64,000 nucleotides of DNA from contig OZ024744.1 in NCBI GenBank assembly GCA_964016885.1, positions 81,468,001 through 81,532,000 on the forward strand, written 5' to 3'. This stretch comes from Eledone cirrhosa (taxonomy: Eukaryota). The notes below the pieces were generated by a model that saw nothing but the letters and a program-made list of their open reading frames with translations, ran no database searches and was not told where the DNA came from. Positions 1 through 13,831 of the stretch are shown here, piece after piece; within the stretch, counting starts at the first letter, position 1, and each line of letters opens with the position of its first letter. The position numbers were made by a program, and so were the translations under genes.

Positions 1-2019
1 CAGGTGTAGTGTTGGCGAATTTTGGGAAGCATGGAAGTTTTGAAGCATGCAGTGTCTTGACAGCTAATCACTGATGCAGTTGGTTTATTCCATGAAGACA
101 TATTAACAACCTTAAGATAAGACACGACACTTGTAAGCTATGTGCAGGTTTATAAGTAGATGCTTCTAGTCAGTTACACCTGCGCATGCCAATCACAGGA
201 CTTGCATTAGAAGAAAAGGTGAAGAGGGTGAGGTCATAGGACAACTGTACCTTATTGGATTATAATGAAATACACTTGTACAACACATATGATACTCTCT
301 AAATATCCATAGTTGACTATCCAGTGTCAAGCTAGAGGAAGATGACCAGAAACTTTTTCAACTGCAGGTTTTATATTTCAGAGCCTTCTCCTAGAGTTTC
401 CCCAAATACATGGATACCTACAAGTATGTACGGTTTCAATTTTGGTGTTTTCTTTCTTATACAAACCTAGGTATGTCTATGCACTCGCATAAATCTAAAT
501 GTGTATCTACATCTACATCTACATCTACATATATATATCTACATACACATCTACATACACATCTACATATCTACAAAAATATCTACATACACATCTACTG
601 ATACATATCTATATACACATATACTCAGGCCACACTGTAAAGTGGTCATATAGAAGTCACGACAAAAAGCACTAGCCCACACCGTAAATGTGGTTGGCAT
701 TAAGAAGGGCATCCAGCCATAGAAACCTAACCAGAAACAGTTCTGTATGAGTTAGACACGGTCACCTGACCCAACTTGCCTCAAATGGGACAACCCGTCT
801 AACACATGTTAGCATGGAAAATGGACATTAACGATGATGATGACATCTACATATACATATCTACATATACATATCTACATACACATCTACATATATACAT
901 CTATATATACATATCTATATATACATATCTACATACACATCTACACATATATATTTACATACACATCTACATAAACATATAAATATCCACGCATATACTT
1001 ATACTGTTGGATGACTAAATATTTGATTATTTTCAAAATCAATTGAAACACATAGGCAGTGTATACCATAAAAAAAGTATCAATGAATGATATTCAATGT
1101 TAATACACAGACTTCATTCAATCTCTCATTTCTATTTAGGATAGATTGTCAAAACGAAAATTCCATAAATATTTCTCTATGTATATTTTGGTTATTCCAG
1201 ACATATTATTGTTCCTCTCATTCTACAAGAAACCATTATGAAGATGTTAGTTTTTGTATCTATTAGCTGACCTCAGTCCAATGTTCATCTAACTCAATTC
1301 AACAAAATTCACAATATTTTTTACAAAGGATTCCTTGGCTATTATTAATCAAAGTGTGATAGACTGGCAGAATCGTTAGAATGTCAAAGAGAATGCTTTA
1401 CAGTATTTATTTTGGTACTCAGCACTCTGAGTTCAAATCCTAAATTCTGACGAAGTCAACTTTGCCTTTCATCCATCCTTCTAGGATCCATAAAATAAAA
1501 TACCAGTCAAATACTTAGGTCAATATGATAAATATTTCCTTCTCCTCAAAATTTCTGACTTTGAAATATAGTATCAATGAAGTACTGCACTCAATATGAT
1601 TGACTTTTCCTTCCCCTTCAAAATGGCTGATCTTGAAACAAAGTACCAGTCAAATACCGGTCGATATAATCAATTTTTCCCCCCTCAAAATTGCGGGCCT
1701 TATACCTAAATTAGAAACCATTGGAAGGCAGTAGCTGTAGAGTGTCGGACACCATGCTTTTCAGCATAGAGTTTCATCCCTTTATGGTCTGAGTATACAT
1801 CCCACCGAGGTTAACTTTGCTAATCCTTATGGGGGTCGATAAAATAAAGTACCAGTCACACACTGGTGTTAATATAATCAACTTAATCAACTTTTTTTCT
1901 CCCTCAAAATTATTGGCTTTGTATCTTAATTAGAAAACATTATTTAATGTTTGGCAACATGTATATGCAGACTACTACAGTCCTTTTTTTTTTTTTTTTA
2001 CTGGACAAATATTATACAT

Positions 2020-2145
2020 TAATCATTATTGATTCATTCACCACATGGCCAGAGGTACATTTCACAACTTCATCCAGCTGTTTCATTATTAGAACCCTAC
2101 AACGAACATTAAGTCAAGATGATATTCCATTGGTCATAAGCAACA
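2020..2145 (+). mobile_element. Ty3/Gypsy integrase relic
   Basis: LIIIDSFTTWPEV...IIRTLQRTLSQDDIPLVISN resembles the rve core (D..SKWPEV..GIP..VSDN). Confidence 0.6.
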
Positions 2146-3452
2146 GCTATCCCACATAAATCAATGAAACAAGCATTACCCCAACCAGAGCTGATGTTAT
2201 CATTAAGGCCAACTAAGCAAACATCTATGGTACAAAACCGTTGAAGGGTACATTATAGAACCTTGAAAGATCACAGTTTCATACAAATTTCTATAATTAA
2301 AATAAAATATATAATAATTTTCTGCAATCAATAAATAAGTCACTAAGCATCTTTGCTGCATAACAGTGTTATGGAAATATCTAAAGCATTAGAAAGGATT
2401 GTATGATGTTATGATCTGTCACATTATTTGGCATGGGTGAGTTTGGACTGTGTAGTGGAAAATGCCGGCATAGTAAATTTAAATTTCTTGGTGTGGGGAA
2501 AGATGCATCAAAAACTAGGTTTGTCAGCTTGCTAAACTGTAAGTTGAAATTATTATATTTGAGAGAATAGAGCCCAAAGCATTAAAAAGGATTGTATGGT
2601 ATTATGATCTGTCACATGACCTGGCATGGATGAGTTTGGACTGTGTAGTGGAAAATGCTGGCTTAGTAAATTTCTTGGTGTGGCTAGAGAAAGATATATC
2701 AAAGACTAGGTTTGTCAGCTTGCTACTAGCCTAGGGTGTAATACCCAGGTTCTGTGCCTGACCTGAACTCAACAGATACAACTACTAATGATTACTGAGC
2801 TTTGAAAAATACAAAACCAGATCCATGTATTCGTCAACATTCTCAGAGACTTCTTGAGAAGAAGATGAAAGCAAAGCAATTCTGCAGGAATAAATAACAA
2901 AAAGTGATATATTGATGTTACCTATTACTATGTTGGAGGTGTGTGGCCTAGTGATAGTGGTGTTGGACTTACGATCATAATGTCATGGGTTAATTTCCTG
3001 AACTGGGTTGTTTGTTGTGTTCTTGAGTAAAACACTTCATTTCACATTGCTCCAGTATACTCAGCTGAAAATGAATGCCAGCAACAGCTGGGGATTTAAC
3101 CCTGCAATGGACTGGCATCCTGTCTAGGAGGGGAGTCTTCTATTCTCAGTCACATCACTCCACAAAACTGGGATAAACACTGGCTTAAGACAGACTTTAG
3201 ACTTAGACCTATTGCTATTCCTCAGGCTAATCCCTATATGTTCATATGAACTTATATTCTACCTTTCCATATAACTTCATGTTTCGCATGCTTATTCCTT
3301 ATGTAACTTCACATAAATTACATACCTCATTAGGTCAAGGCTGACTACACTTGCTTGACCATACACTATGGTGGTATATGTATATTAACAAATTCTATTA
3401 TTTCAGTACATCTTGTATATTAACTACAAATTCAATACTTAATATATATATA

Positions 3453-3538
3453 CAGGGTGTCCTAAAAATGTATATACACTTCAACAGCATTCTAATAAAT
3501 ATTGCCTGTACAGGTAATCAATTTTGGGAGACACCCTT
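3453..3538. mobile_element. Tiny Tc1/mariner MITE
   Basis: TA|CAGGGTGTCC ... GAGACACCCT..|TA ends. Confidence 0.6.
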
Positions 3539-3693
3539 TATATATATATATATATACAAATTAATTGAAGACATATATATATTTATACAGAAGTAGTATA
3601 GACATACATATGAGAGAGTCCAAACAATACCAGTTTTGTTCAATGAAGGAATTAAATATATATATATATATACACACATATATATATACATAT

Positions 3694-3730
<37 letters not shown>

Positions 3731-3795
3731 ATTCCTTCATTGAACAAAACTGGTATTGTTTGGACTCTCTCATATGTATGTCTATACTACTTCTG

Positions 3796-3892
<97 letters not shown>

Positions 3893-3913
3893 GTATATAT
3901 ATGTATATATATA

Positions 3914-3967
<54 letters not shown>

Positions 3968-6929
3968 TATATATGTATATAATATATATAATATATATAT
4001 GTACATATGTAAGTACATTCACAATCAGATTCATGAAAAATATCAGACAATTGGAAGCTATCATTAGATGGAAAGTAAATAACAAATTCATGAATCACCA
4101 GCTGTGACTATATGATAAACTATCCAAAATGTATGGAAACTGTTGATGAGAGACACTTACAACTAAACTGATTGCCCTTAGACATGAACTATGAGTGGTC
4201 AGTAAATAGCTTCATCATCATAAGAAATAATAAGACAGTATGGCTATAAACCGTAAAGCAGTATATTGCAGTATGAAAGACCCTACCATCAAAGTTGTAA
4301 ATGCTCCTCTTAATCAGAATGAGATATAGAGGAAGTTTAGCAGAAAATCTTTAAAAGTTTTGTTCTTGGTTGTGGAAATTATCCGAAAAGATGATATAAT
4401 TTTATAGGCTGCATGTTTAAGTTTCTTTGGGAGGAAAGGATCAAATCAGAAAGCATACGTTAAGATATAACAAAGGTTTCTTTTCTTCCGTAAATTAATA
4501 CAAGCACTAAAAGTGTGAAAAGCTGCAAGCATACCGCATAATTAAGTTGAACGAAAACATGTGTGAAATATATTTAGGTAGGAAGAATGTTGCTGGGCCC
4601 TTGCCGAGAGTGCTAAAGTTTCTTGGCAAGGGCTACATCTTGTCAGATATTGACTGGCAATGTAAATTAGTGATGTCTTGTGTCCACGAAATGAAAGCCA
4701 CAACTGGCAGGTAGAAGTGAAAAAAAGTGAGAAGCAACTACTGGGCGGGAGTTGTTTTTTTGGCATTTATACTCCACCAAGCCTAAGGGCTGGTGAGTTA
4801 CAAAGTACGACCAAATTATTCCGCAACTATGGAATAGTGCCATTGCTTGCTACAGAAGAATTGATTCTAGTTCTAGACTGGTACATTTTTTATTGACCTC
4901 GAATGAATGAAAGGCAAAGTTAACCTCAGTGATATTGAACTTGGAGAGCAGAGAGCCAAAACAAATGCTGCAAAGAATTCTATTTGATGTTCTAATGGCT
5001 CTGCCAATTTGCCACCTGATATTGTTGTGTGAGACCACACAAATATAAACATGCTCTGTTGTAGAAGTCAGATCTCCTCCTGATCTCAATGTGGTAAAAA
5101 AAAATACAGAAGATATCTATGGACTATTGTTTCACTATAAAGTGGTCCTGTGGGTGTCACGACAAAAGGCAACGATCCCACGCTGTAAACTAGTCGTGTA
5201 GGTGTCGCGACAAAAAGCAGCCATCCCACACTGTAAACTGGTCATGTGGGTGTCAAGACAAAAAGCACTCAGTCCACACTGTAAAGTGGTTTTGTAGGTG
5301 TCATGACAAAAAGCACCCAACACACTGTAAAATGGTTGGCATTAGGAAGGAAGGACAGCCAGAAGCAGTTTTATATGAGCAAGACACAGTCACCCGACCC
5401 AACTTGCCTCAAATGGGACAACCAATCTAACCCATGCTAGCGTGGAGAGTAGACGTTAAACGATGATGATAATGATGATGATGATGATGATGATGATAAG
5501 GAGTTTGAAAATCTGGTACACAAAATACACTTCCAACTTTACACCCATTATAATTAGAGTAATAGATGGGCAGTATCAGTAGGGCATTGGAAAACATGCT
5601 TCGCAGCAGAGAGTTACAGCTTTTTACATTCTGAGTTCAAATCCATTCAAGGTTAGATTTACCATTCATCCTATGGGGGTCGATAAAATAAAGCACCAGT
5701 AACATACTGAGGTTGATTTAATTGACTTTTCCCTTCCCTCATAATTGCTGGCCTACACCTAAATTAGAAATCATTGTTAGAGAAATAGAATGAATATGTA
5801 GCAAACCCTTGATCAAAGTATGACCGAATTTGAATTCTTGAGGAACGAACTCAGTTCTTTAATTCATAAGGTATAGATGTGTGTTTTAATCCTTTCAATA
5901 TGAATTCATCTGAAATGGCCCCTAGTTTTAGGATATGAAACTGTTGTTTTTTTAAGAAATAATATTTGTCTACAAACCTTCCATCATGATTTTATATAAG
6001 AACTTTTGTTAAGTTATGTTCCAAACACCAGCTTAAGACTGAGAAAATTAGTGATATTAATAAATTCCTCCTAATTCTTGATTTTCAAAATTATTTGAAA
6101 ACCATAAGCTGTGTGTGACATCATCATCATCAATATTATTGTTTAACGTCCATTTTCCTGATGAAAATGATAATGAAAATTATGATGATGATATCACACA
6201 CAGCTTATGGTTTTCAAATAATTTTGAACATAATCAAGAATTAGGAAGGTTTTATTAATATCCCTAATTTTCTCAGTTTTAAGCTGGTGTTTGGAACATA
6301 ACTTAACAAAGGTCGTTATATAAATATATTAAAAGAAACAGTTTTGTATCCTAAAATCAAGAGTCATTTCAAATGGATTCTTATCAAGAATTAAAACACA
6401 TATACATTGTCACCAAAAATATGTTAATCATCATCATCATCATCCTCGTTTAACGTCCACTTTCCACGCTAGAATGGGTTAGACAGGAGTTGTCCCACTT
6501 GAGGCAAGGTTGGTCGGGTGACCGTGTCTCGCTCATATAGGACTATCTGGCAGGTTTTCTACAGCTGGATGCCCTTCCTAACACCAACCACAATTACAGT
6601 GTGGGTCTGGGAACTTTTTACCGTGTTACCTACACGACCACATTACAGCGTGGACTGTGTGTGTTTTTTTGTTGTGACACCTACACGATCTCAATCGCGA
6701 TCTCATTTATCTCATTTATTTGGACTGGATGTTGTGGTACCAACTTTATAGAGAGGTGGTGGTGTTGGTGGGAGTGGGAGGATAGGGTAGTGGATTGGGG
6801 TATATATTTGGTTAAGAGGTGCCTACTGTTAATGAAAATGTAAAAGACTGGTGTGCTCATGCGTGTAGATGCTATCAAATAGCTTATAAAATAGGGTAAA
6901 GACCCTCAACCCTTTAGCATTCACATTAC

Positions 6930-7100
6930 TCTCGGTCACCGCTGACACCTAAGGGATACTGCTGAACTCCTCCGCAAGATCAGAGTGTCGACAGCCCATC
7001 TGAGGAGGGAGCCCTGCGAGGTTGGTTGGCTGTTGCAGCGAGTGTCACTGGCCATTGTCTGCGGGAATGCTTTTGCCATCTTGTCTGCGGGGCCCAGCAC
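6930..7100 (+). mobile_element. CRE-clade element extreme 3' fragment (diverged subfamily)
   Basis: Reads RREPCEVGWLLQRVSLAIVCGNAFAILSAGP. Confidence 0.7.
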
Positions 7101-7379
7101 TTCTGCCCTCTTTCCCTAGGCTCAAAGCCAATTCACCCCTCCCCTCTTTTCTGCGACACCAGAGATCTTGCCATCCCCTCCCTTTCCCGTTCTTTTTCTG
7201 CTTTCTTTCTCTCTTTCTTCTCTTTTCTTTCTTTCCTTTTGATTCCCTTTTTATTTTTATTATTGCCATCATTTTTTTTTTTTTTAAGTTTAATTTTTTT
7301 TTTTTTTTCTTAGTTTAATATGTTTATTAAGTCAGTATATATATGTATGAGATGAAAGAATGGTATTTAACTAATGTAA

Positions 7380-7895
7380 TGGTACGCGATGGGGCCCACC
7401 CACAGCCCCGGTGGACAGAATGGAGAAGGCGTTTCCCCGGAGGACGGCAAGGGAGACACGCTGGAAAAGCCACTCCAACTCGCGGGGCTCACACCTACGG
7501 CTGGCTAGCTCGGCGTCTATGGTGGTGAGTAAGGAGGTAGCCCTGGGGCCGAGGACACCAGAAGTTTCCACTGCCAGGGGAACGACTGCAAACCTGTCGG
7601 AGAGCAACCGGTATTTGAGGAGTTTGGCCCCCTCAGCCCGACGTGCAGCAGAACCTGGGTCAGTCGCAGACTGCACCAGGTTGTGGCTGCAGAAAGTGTC
7701 GGTGCAAGTGGCATCCCAGACGAGGGGTTGCCACTGCGGAACGGGAAGATGGTCATGCCATCTGGCCTTTTGCCGTCCCCTCGATCCAGCCTCACCGGCT
7801 CGAGCTGGGAAGGGAAGCCTGCAGGGAAGCCTGCTTAATGACCTCGTTGAGGGCAGTATGGCGTGGAATGCGGCCGGCACTATGGCGACAGGATT
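7380..7895 (-). mobile_element. CRE-clade element 3' fragment
   Basis: LDRGDGKRPDGMTIFPF..VWDATCTDTF..QRVSLAVLRGNA; highly similar to 59007-59525. Confidence 0.88.
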
Positions 7896-9224
7896 GCCTT
7901 TCATCCTTACGGGGTCGATAAAATAAAGTACCAGTAATCCACTAAGTAATTGCTGGCCTTGTGCCAAACGTAGAAACAATTATTATTATTATTGTTATTG
8001 CAGAAAAAAATTTACTATTATATTTTCATGGTAAAGTCTTTACCTTACATAATTATCTCACATAATATTGAACTACGAGATTTTTATGTTATTTATTTTG
8101 AGGGCAATATCTTAACATCAGTATGAACAGCTGGCTCAACAGAAAGAGGTGAGAGAATTCTGGCCGGATATACAGCTGGTTTAAATGCTAAAGGGTTAAG
8201 GAACTTTCAGTGGATAATGTTCCAAATTCCTCTCTTTGAGATTAAATTTTGATTTTGATTTAAATTTTTACAAATTGTTTTGTTAATTCCTATCATCATC
8301 ATCATCATCATCATAATACGTCCGCTCTTCCTTGCTTGCAAGGGTGGGACGGGTCTTATTCAGCACAGCATCTCTCCACTTGTCATGGTCCTTCGTCATC
8401 TCCACCGTGAGCTTCAGCGATCTGAGGTCTGTTCTCACCACCTCCGCCCATCATATAACCGGCCTTTCGTACGCAGGGAGAAACCCTTCTTTGTCAGCAG
8501 AGGGAGCAGCTCCCTAAACTTCTTCCAACCCGTCCTTATTCTAGATACTATGGCCTATATTTAGGTTAATTCTTATATTTAGGTTAATTCCTACAGTAGA
8601 TAAACCTATAGTTGACATCTTTTGAAGTAAGTATAGCCTTATAAGAAAGAGGTTAGTAGAGCGAAGAAGACCTTTTATGTTTGGTCCAGCTGATCACTCA
8701 ACCATATTAAATCAGATGTAGCTGCTATAACTTGTCAAGATGTATATTGCTGGCCAAGATATATATTGTCTCTTGGTGAGAAACTGCTACTTCTATTGAC
8801 TCCTTCTTTAAAAAAAAGCTGATGACACCAGTTGCTTTGTGGTGAATTGAAACAGAAGTATATCATGGCAGGGCAAACACTTATGATATATATCATTTTC
8901 ATTTCATGTCCGCTTTTCCCTGCTTGCAAGGGTGGGACGGGAACTGATTCTGGCTTGATTTCTACAGCTGGATGCCCTTCCTAACACCAACCTCATTTAC
9001 AGTGAGTGCTGGGTGCTTTTTTGCCGTGGCACCTCCACGACCACTTTGCAGTGGAATGATAGGGACCCCAGTCCCTATCATCTCATTTCTACAGCTGAGT
9101 AAACTGGAGAAATTTGAAATAAAGTGTCTTGCTCAAGGAAACAACACATCACACGGTCTGAAAATTGAACTCACAACCTTTCAATTGCAAGCCAAATGCT
9201 CTAGCCACTAAGCCATGTGCCTCC

Positions 9225-9273
<49 letters not shown>

Positions 9274-9281
9274 CGTATATA

Positions 9282-9372
<91 letters not shown>

Positions 9373-9432
9373 AGGCACATGGCTTAGTGGTTAGAGCATT
9401 TGGCTTGCAATTGAAAGGTTGTGAGTTCCATT

Positions 9433-9491
<59 letters not shown>

Positions 9492-9639
9492 GAAAAAGTA
9501 TGACCCCTGACGGCAGAGCTCAAGCCGTTCCGACGGCTATTTCTGGACTATTAAGTATTGAGTACTCTGGTGCGTTATGGTCTATCTGGTTCCTTACCAC
9601 AATTCCTTTGTAATATATATATATATATATATATAAAGA

Positions 9640-10302
9640 AATAAAGATGAAATCGAAAATGCAACTGGAGTCTTAGCTTTAAAAAGATATATATATTTAT
9701 TTAGTTCCTTTACCGGTTTCGCAGTTCTTCTGCTTTTCAAAAGTAGAGTTGGGATGGAGGGTCTGTGGGTTTTTTCACATCTGGTTTGTCTTTGAATGTT
9801 AGTTGTTTTATATGGAAAAAAGTGGCTCGAAACGGCAGGTTTTTAGAGAAGTAATTTGATTGGATGGGTCAATAAGTATAATAAATTTCGCCCCAGTTCG
9901 CGTTACAAAGTTCTTCAAACAAGAGGGGGGGGGGGGGGGGGGGCTCAGGTTGTTTTTTCATATATGAGTGTTTGAATTTCTTTTTACTTAAAAAAAAGGC
10001 GTAATTTGATTGGTTATAAATGAAATTATGGTTGTCACGTGAACAAGTTCATTAAATATTGCGCCCGTATTTTGGAATTTATTTTGTAGCCTTTTAGAGA
10101 ATTTTATGACAAACAAAAGATAATGGTCAAGAGAAATGGGATGGGAGAATTGTTCTGGTTCAGTGAATATGGTTGGTTCGCTGGGGTGTCAGAATTCAGA
10201 TTTTCTATTGAAATAAAGAAAGTAAAGATATGTATGTTTATTTGTGTGGTTGTGTGTGTGTGTATAGGAAGATGATTCTATTAGTAGAAATGGGGGAGGG
10301 AG

Positions 10303-10339
<37 letters not shown>

Positions 10340-12440
10340 GGTGTTGTGTGTGTGTGTTGGAGTATGTTAAGATGGAGAGAATATATATATTTTGTGTGTG
10401 TGTATATGTGTAGGAAAGTGATTCTATTAGTAGAAATGGGGGAGGGAGTTGTGTGTGTGTGTGTGAGGGGGGTATGTGTGTGTATGGGTGTTATGTGTGT
10501 GTGGGAGTATGGTTAGCATGTTAAGAGGAAGAGAATATATATATATTGTGTGTGTGTGTGTGTAGGAAAATGATTCTGTTAGTAGGAATATTTTTGAATG
10601 AACATATTTTCCTTACTTATTCGTATTTGTTCTGTTGTATTGTCAGCGCAAACGTATGTTAAGGTTTATTTAGTTCGGGTTTTTATTTTCTAAAGTAGAA
10701 GGTATTATGTGTGTGTGTATGTGTCTGTTTGGATGGTTAGCATGTTATGGTGTTGACATAAATGCTGGTCTATATTTTTGAATAAACATATTTTCCTTAT
10801 TTATTCGTATTTGTTCTGTTGTATTGTCAGCGCAAAGGTGAAATGGGAAGACTTGGAATTTGGGTGTCTTATTACTTGCGCATATGTCTAGATGTGCGCT
10901 TAGTGGTATCTGTCTTGTGGTTCGATCTCGTAATTGTTGGCGATGAACTGTCATTCTGTTTCTGAGTGTGAGTTTAGTTTGTCCTATATAATCTTCATTG
11001 CATCCTTTACATTAATAGCATAAATTAGATTTTTTGATGAGCAAGTGAAGTGCTTTTTTACAGCAAAATTTTGTCCTGATTGAAATGTATACGTGTTGCC
11101 TTCAATGAGGTGAGTGCAGGTTCCACAATTAGAGCGACCACATTCTTTGACAGTTGGTTGTGGGTTTGTGGTAGGTAATTTGGCATTGGTGAGTAATGTT
11201 TTCAGTGATTTCGGTTGTCTTTTGCTTTTGATTATTTTGTGTGTTTCAAGGGCTTTTTTTCATTCTTGGGTCTTGTTTCAGTAGTGGGATATTTTGTGAA
11301 TAGTGTTGTAAGCTTCCGCATTTCTTGGGTTGTGTGTTGAGATATATGATAGAATATTGGACGTACCTTGAATTTGTTTCTGTTTTCGTAATTCATCAAT
11401 GCCTATTGCTTTAGCCCTTTCTATTCCATTATTTATTAGTAATGGTGGGCACTGTCTTTCGAGTAGAATTTCCTTTAATTCTTGAAGTCTTTTATTTCGC
11501 GTTTCATAATTGGAGACAATTGTGCAAATTCTTCTTGCTAGGTTAAAAGGAATGTTCGTCTTCATGTGCTTTGGATGGTTGGAGGTGAATAGCAGGTATT
11601 GTTTGGAATCTGTTGGTTTGTAGTGTATATCAGTTTCAATATTTGTGTCTTTTTTTAAGATTAAGATGTCCAGAAATGGGAGTTGATCTTGACTGTATTC
11701 CATTGTGAATTGGATGGGGTTATTGATGCCATTTATTTAGTTTTTGAAATCATTCAGTTGGTCAAGTGTGTGGGACCAAAGAATGAGACAATCATCCAAG
11801 TAGCGTTTCCAATTCTCTGATAAATATTTGTGGAAGCTCAATCCGTATTTTGATTTGGACTGTTCATATATCTGGACTTCTAAGTATGCCATGACTAAGT
11901 TGGCATAAGCTGGAACGGCTTTTGTACCCATCGCAGTCCCCGATATTTGCTTGTAAGTACTGCCATCGAAATCAAAAAAGTTGTTCTGTAAGATAAATTT
12001 TAATCCCTCGGTGATGAAGCTTTTTTCTATTCTGCCAGGTATCTCATTGGGATATTTCTCTAGCCAGAATCCTATTGCTTCTAGTCCATATTAGTGTGGG
12101 ATCGTTGTGTAGAGATTCACTACATTGAAAGACACAATAATAGTGTCGTTGTTGACATGTTTGGGGAGGTGGTTTTTAACGCGAACTGGCGCAAAATTTA
12201 TTATACTTATTGACCAACCAATCAAATTACTTCTCTAAAAACCTGGCATTTCGAGCCACTTTTTTCCATATAAAACAACTAACATTCAAAGACCAACCAG
12301 ATGTGAGAAAAACCACAGACCCTCCATCTCAACTCTACTTTTGAAAAGCAGAAGAACTGTGAAACCGGTAAAGGAACCAAATAGATATATATATTTTTTT
12401 TAAATAAGACTCCAGTTGCATTTTCGATTTCATCTTTTTT
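9640..12440 (-). mobile_element. Penelope-like element (RT + GIY-YIG), 5'-truncated, with inverted pseudo-LTRs
   Basis: MGTKAVPAYANL..RYLDD RT, PFLDI..YKPTD thumb and CGRSNCGTC..FTCSSKNLIY..IGQT..RMTVH GIY-YIG. 9640-9908 and 12175-12440 are an inverted repeat carrying a hammerhead-like motif. Confidence 0.9.
12338..12373 (+). ncRNA. Variant-core minimal hammerhead in Penelope pLTR (second copy 9708-9743, minus strand)
   Basis: CTT-TTGAAAA-GCAG-AAGAA-CTGY-GAAA-CCGG-TA-AAG, with an ACCGGT palindrome. Confidence 0.55.
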
Positions 12441-12833
12441 TCTCTATACTTTCACTTGTGTAGGACACCTCGGTTATTTTTCATTTTGTAAAAAAAACCT
12501 CACTTTCTAATACATACCCACCACACGAAGACCGAAAATGCCACCAAAGTCTCAACAAAACAACAACTCACTGAACCAGGACATCTTAAATGAACTCAAA
12601 GAGATTTTCTCTAAGCTCTCAATTTTGACCAACAAAGTGGACCAAATACATATATATATATATATATATATACAGCTGTAGAAATCAAGCCAGATCAGTT
12701 CCTGTATGAGCAAGGCATGGTCAGCCGACCAGACACTGCCCACAACAGGACAACCCGTCTAACCCATGCTAGCGTGGAAGAACGGACGTAAAACGGTGAT
12801 GATGATGATGATGATGATACACATACATACATA

Positions 12834-13697
12834 CAGGGCAGACGATATTTGTTCGCAAGATTACTGTCTAGGAAAAATTAACACAGTAGTTTTATTTTTT
12901 AAGATTTATTTATCAAACTTGGGTCAGTTTGTCTTCATGACTTGTTCTTCTATCTCACTTGATAAACCCACCATTGGCTTTGATGACGGCTTCAAGGCTA
13001 CAGGCCATTGTCACTGTCCCCCAACTTAGGCCCCTAAAGGCACTTGTGATCCTGGCCTTCAGATCGTCTTTCATATTGCAGCTAGATCTGTTGATGTCTC
13101 GTTCCACTGCGCCACACACAAAGAAGTCGAGGGGCTGCAGTCAGCTGAGCTGGGAGACCAGATGTCAGGTGAAGTGTGGTCGACAAAGTTCTCCGACAGC
13201 CAAGCTTGGGTCTTTCGGCTGGTATGGGAGTCTTGCTGCCACACGTACGGCCTACCTGCAGCTACCTGGTCGTTCCAGGGCTTTGTTACCTCATTCAGAA
13301 CACGGATGTAGCCACCGGTGTTCAGCTTGAGGTCCTCAGGGAAGAAGTGAGGTGGCATGATGTCACCTTGACTGCTGACGACACCTAAGACCAATGTTGT
13401 CGCTGAAAACTTTGTCTGCATGACTATGGGCACGTCTTTGGATGAGACAGCAAGCCACCTGTTGTTCTGGGAGTTGATCTTCTGGTCTTATTTGTCCTCC
13501 CGGCGCAGATTCCAAGAAGAACTCCGTGTCTCTTCCACAAATTTGGAGGTTCAAAATTATTCATAATCAATTATTCTGAAAATAAATAATCGAAATATAG
13601 TCACTGTTTTTATGAAGACAAGAGTGACAACGGAAGTAAAAAATATTGGCATAAAATTAGCAGTTGAAAACTGCGAACAAATATCGGACACACCCTG
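12834..13697 (-). mobile_element. Tc1/mariner-superfamily (maT/rosa-like) DNA transposon, internally deleted
   Basis: TIRs CAGGG..CGATATTTGTTCGCA at both ends, flanked by TA; transposase relic VLGVVSSQGDIMPPHFF..VWQQDS..WSPSSADCSP. Confidence 0.85.
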
Positions 13698-13831
13698 TAT
13701 ATATATGTATATTTATATATGTGTGTGTGTGTGTGTGTATATATGTATATTTATTTATTATTAGTAAAAGTGAAAGCAGAGATTTTTTGCTTAAACTTTT
13801 ATCTGTACTAATAATAAATATTTGCTCTCAT

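Noticed and set aside
3518-4107. IYIY/VCVC-rich ORFs (also at 9149, 17423, 40771, 52670)
   Set aside because: Translations of (TA)n/(TG)n microsatellites.
4140-4700. Coding-looking unique stretch
   Set aside because: Multiple stops and no motif I can assign; it needs BLASTX before any call.
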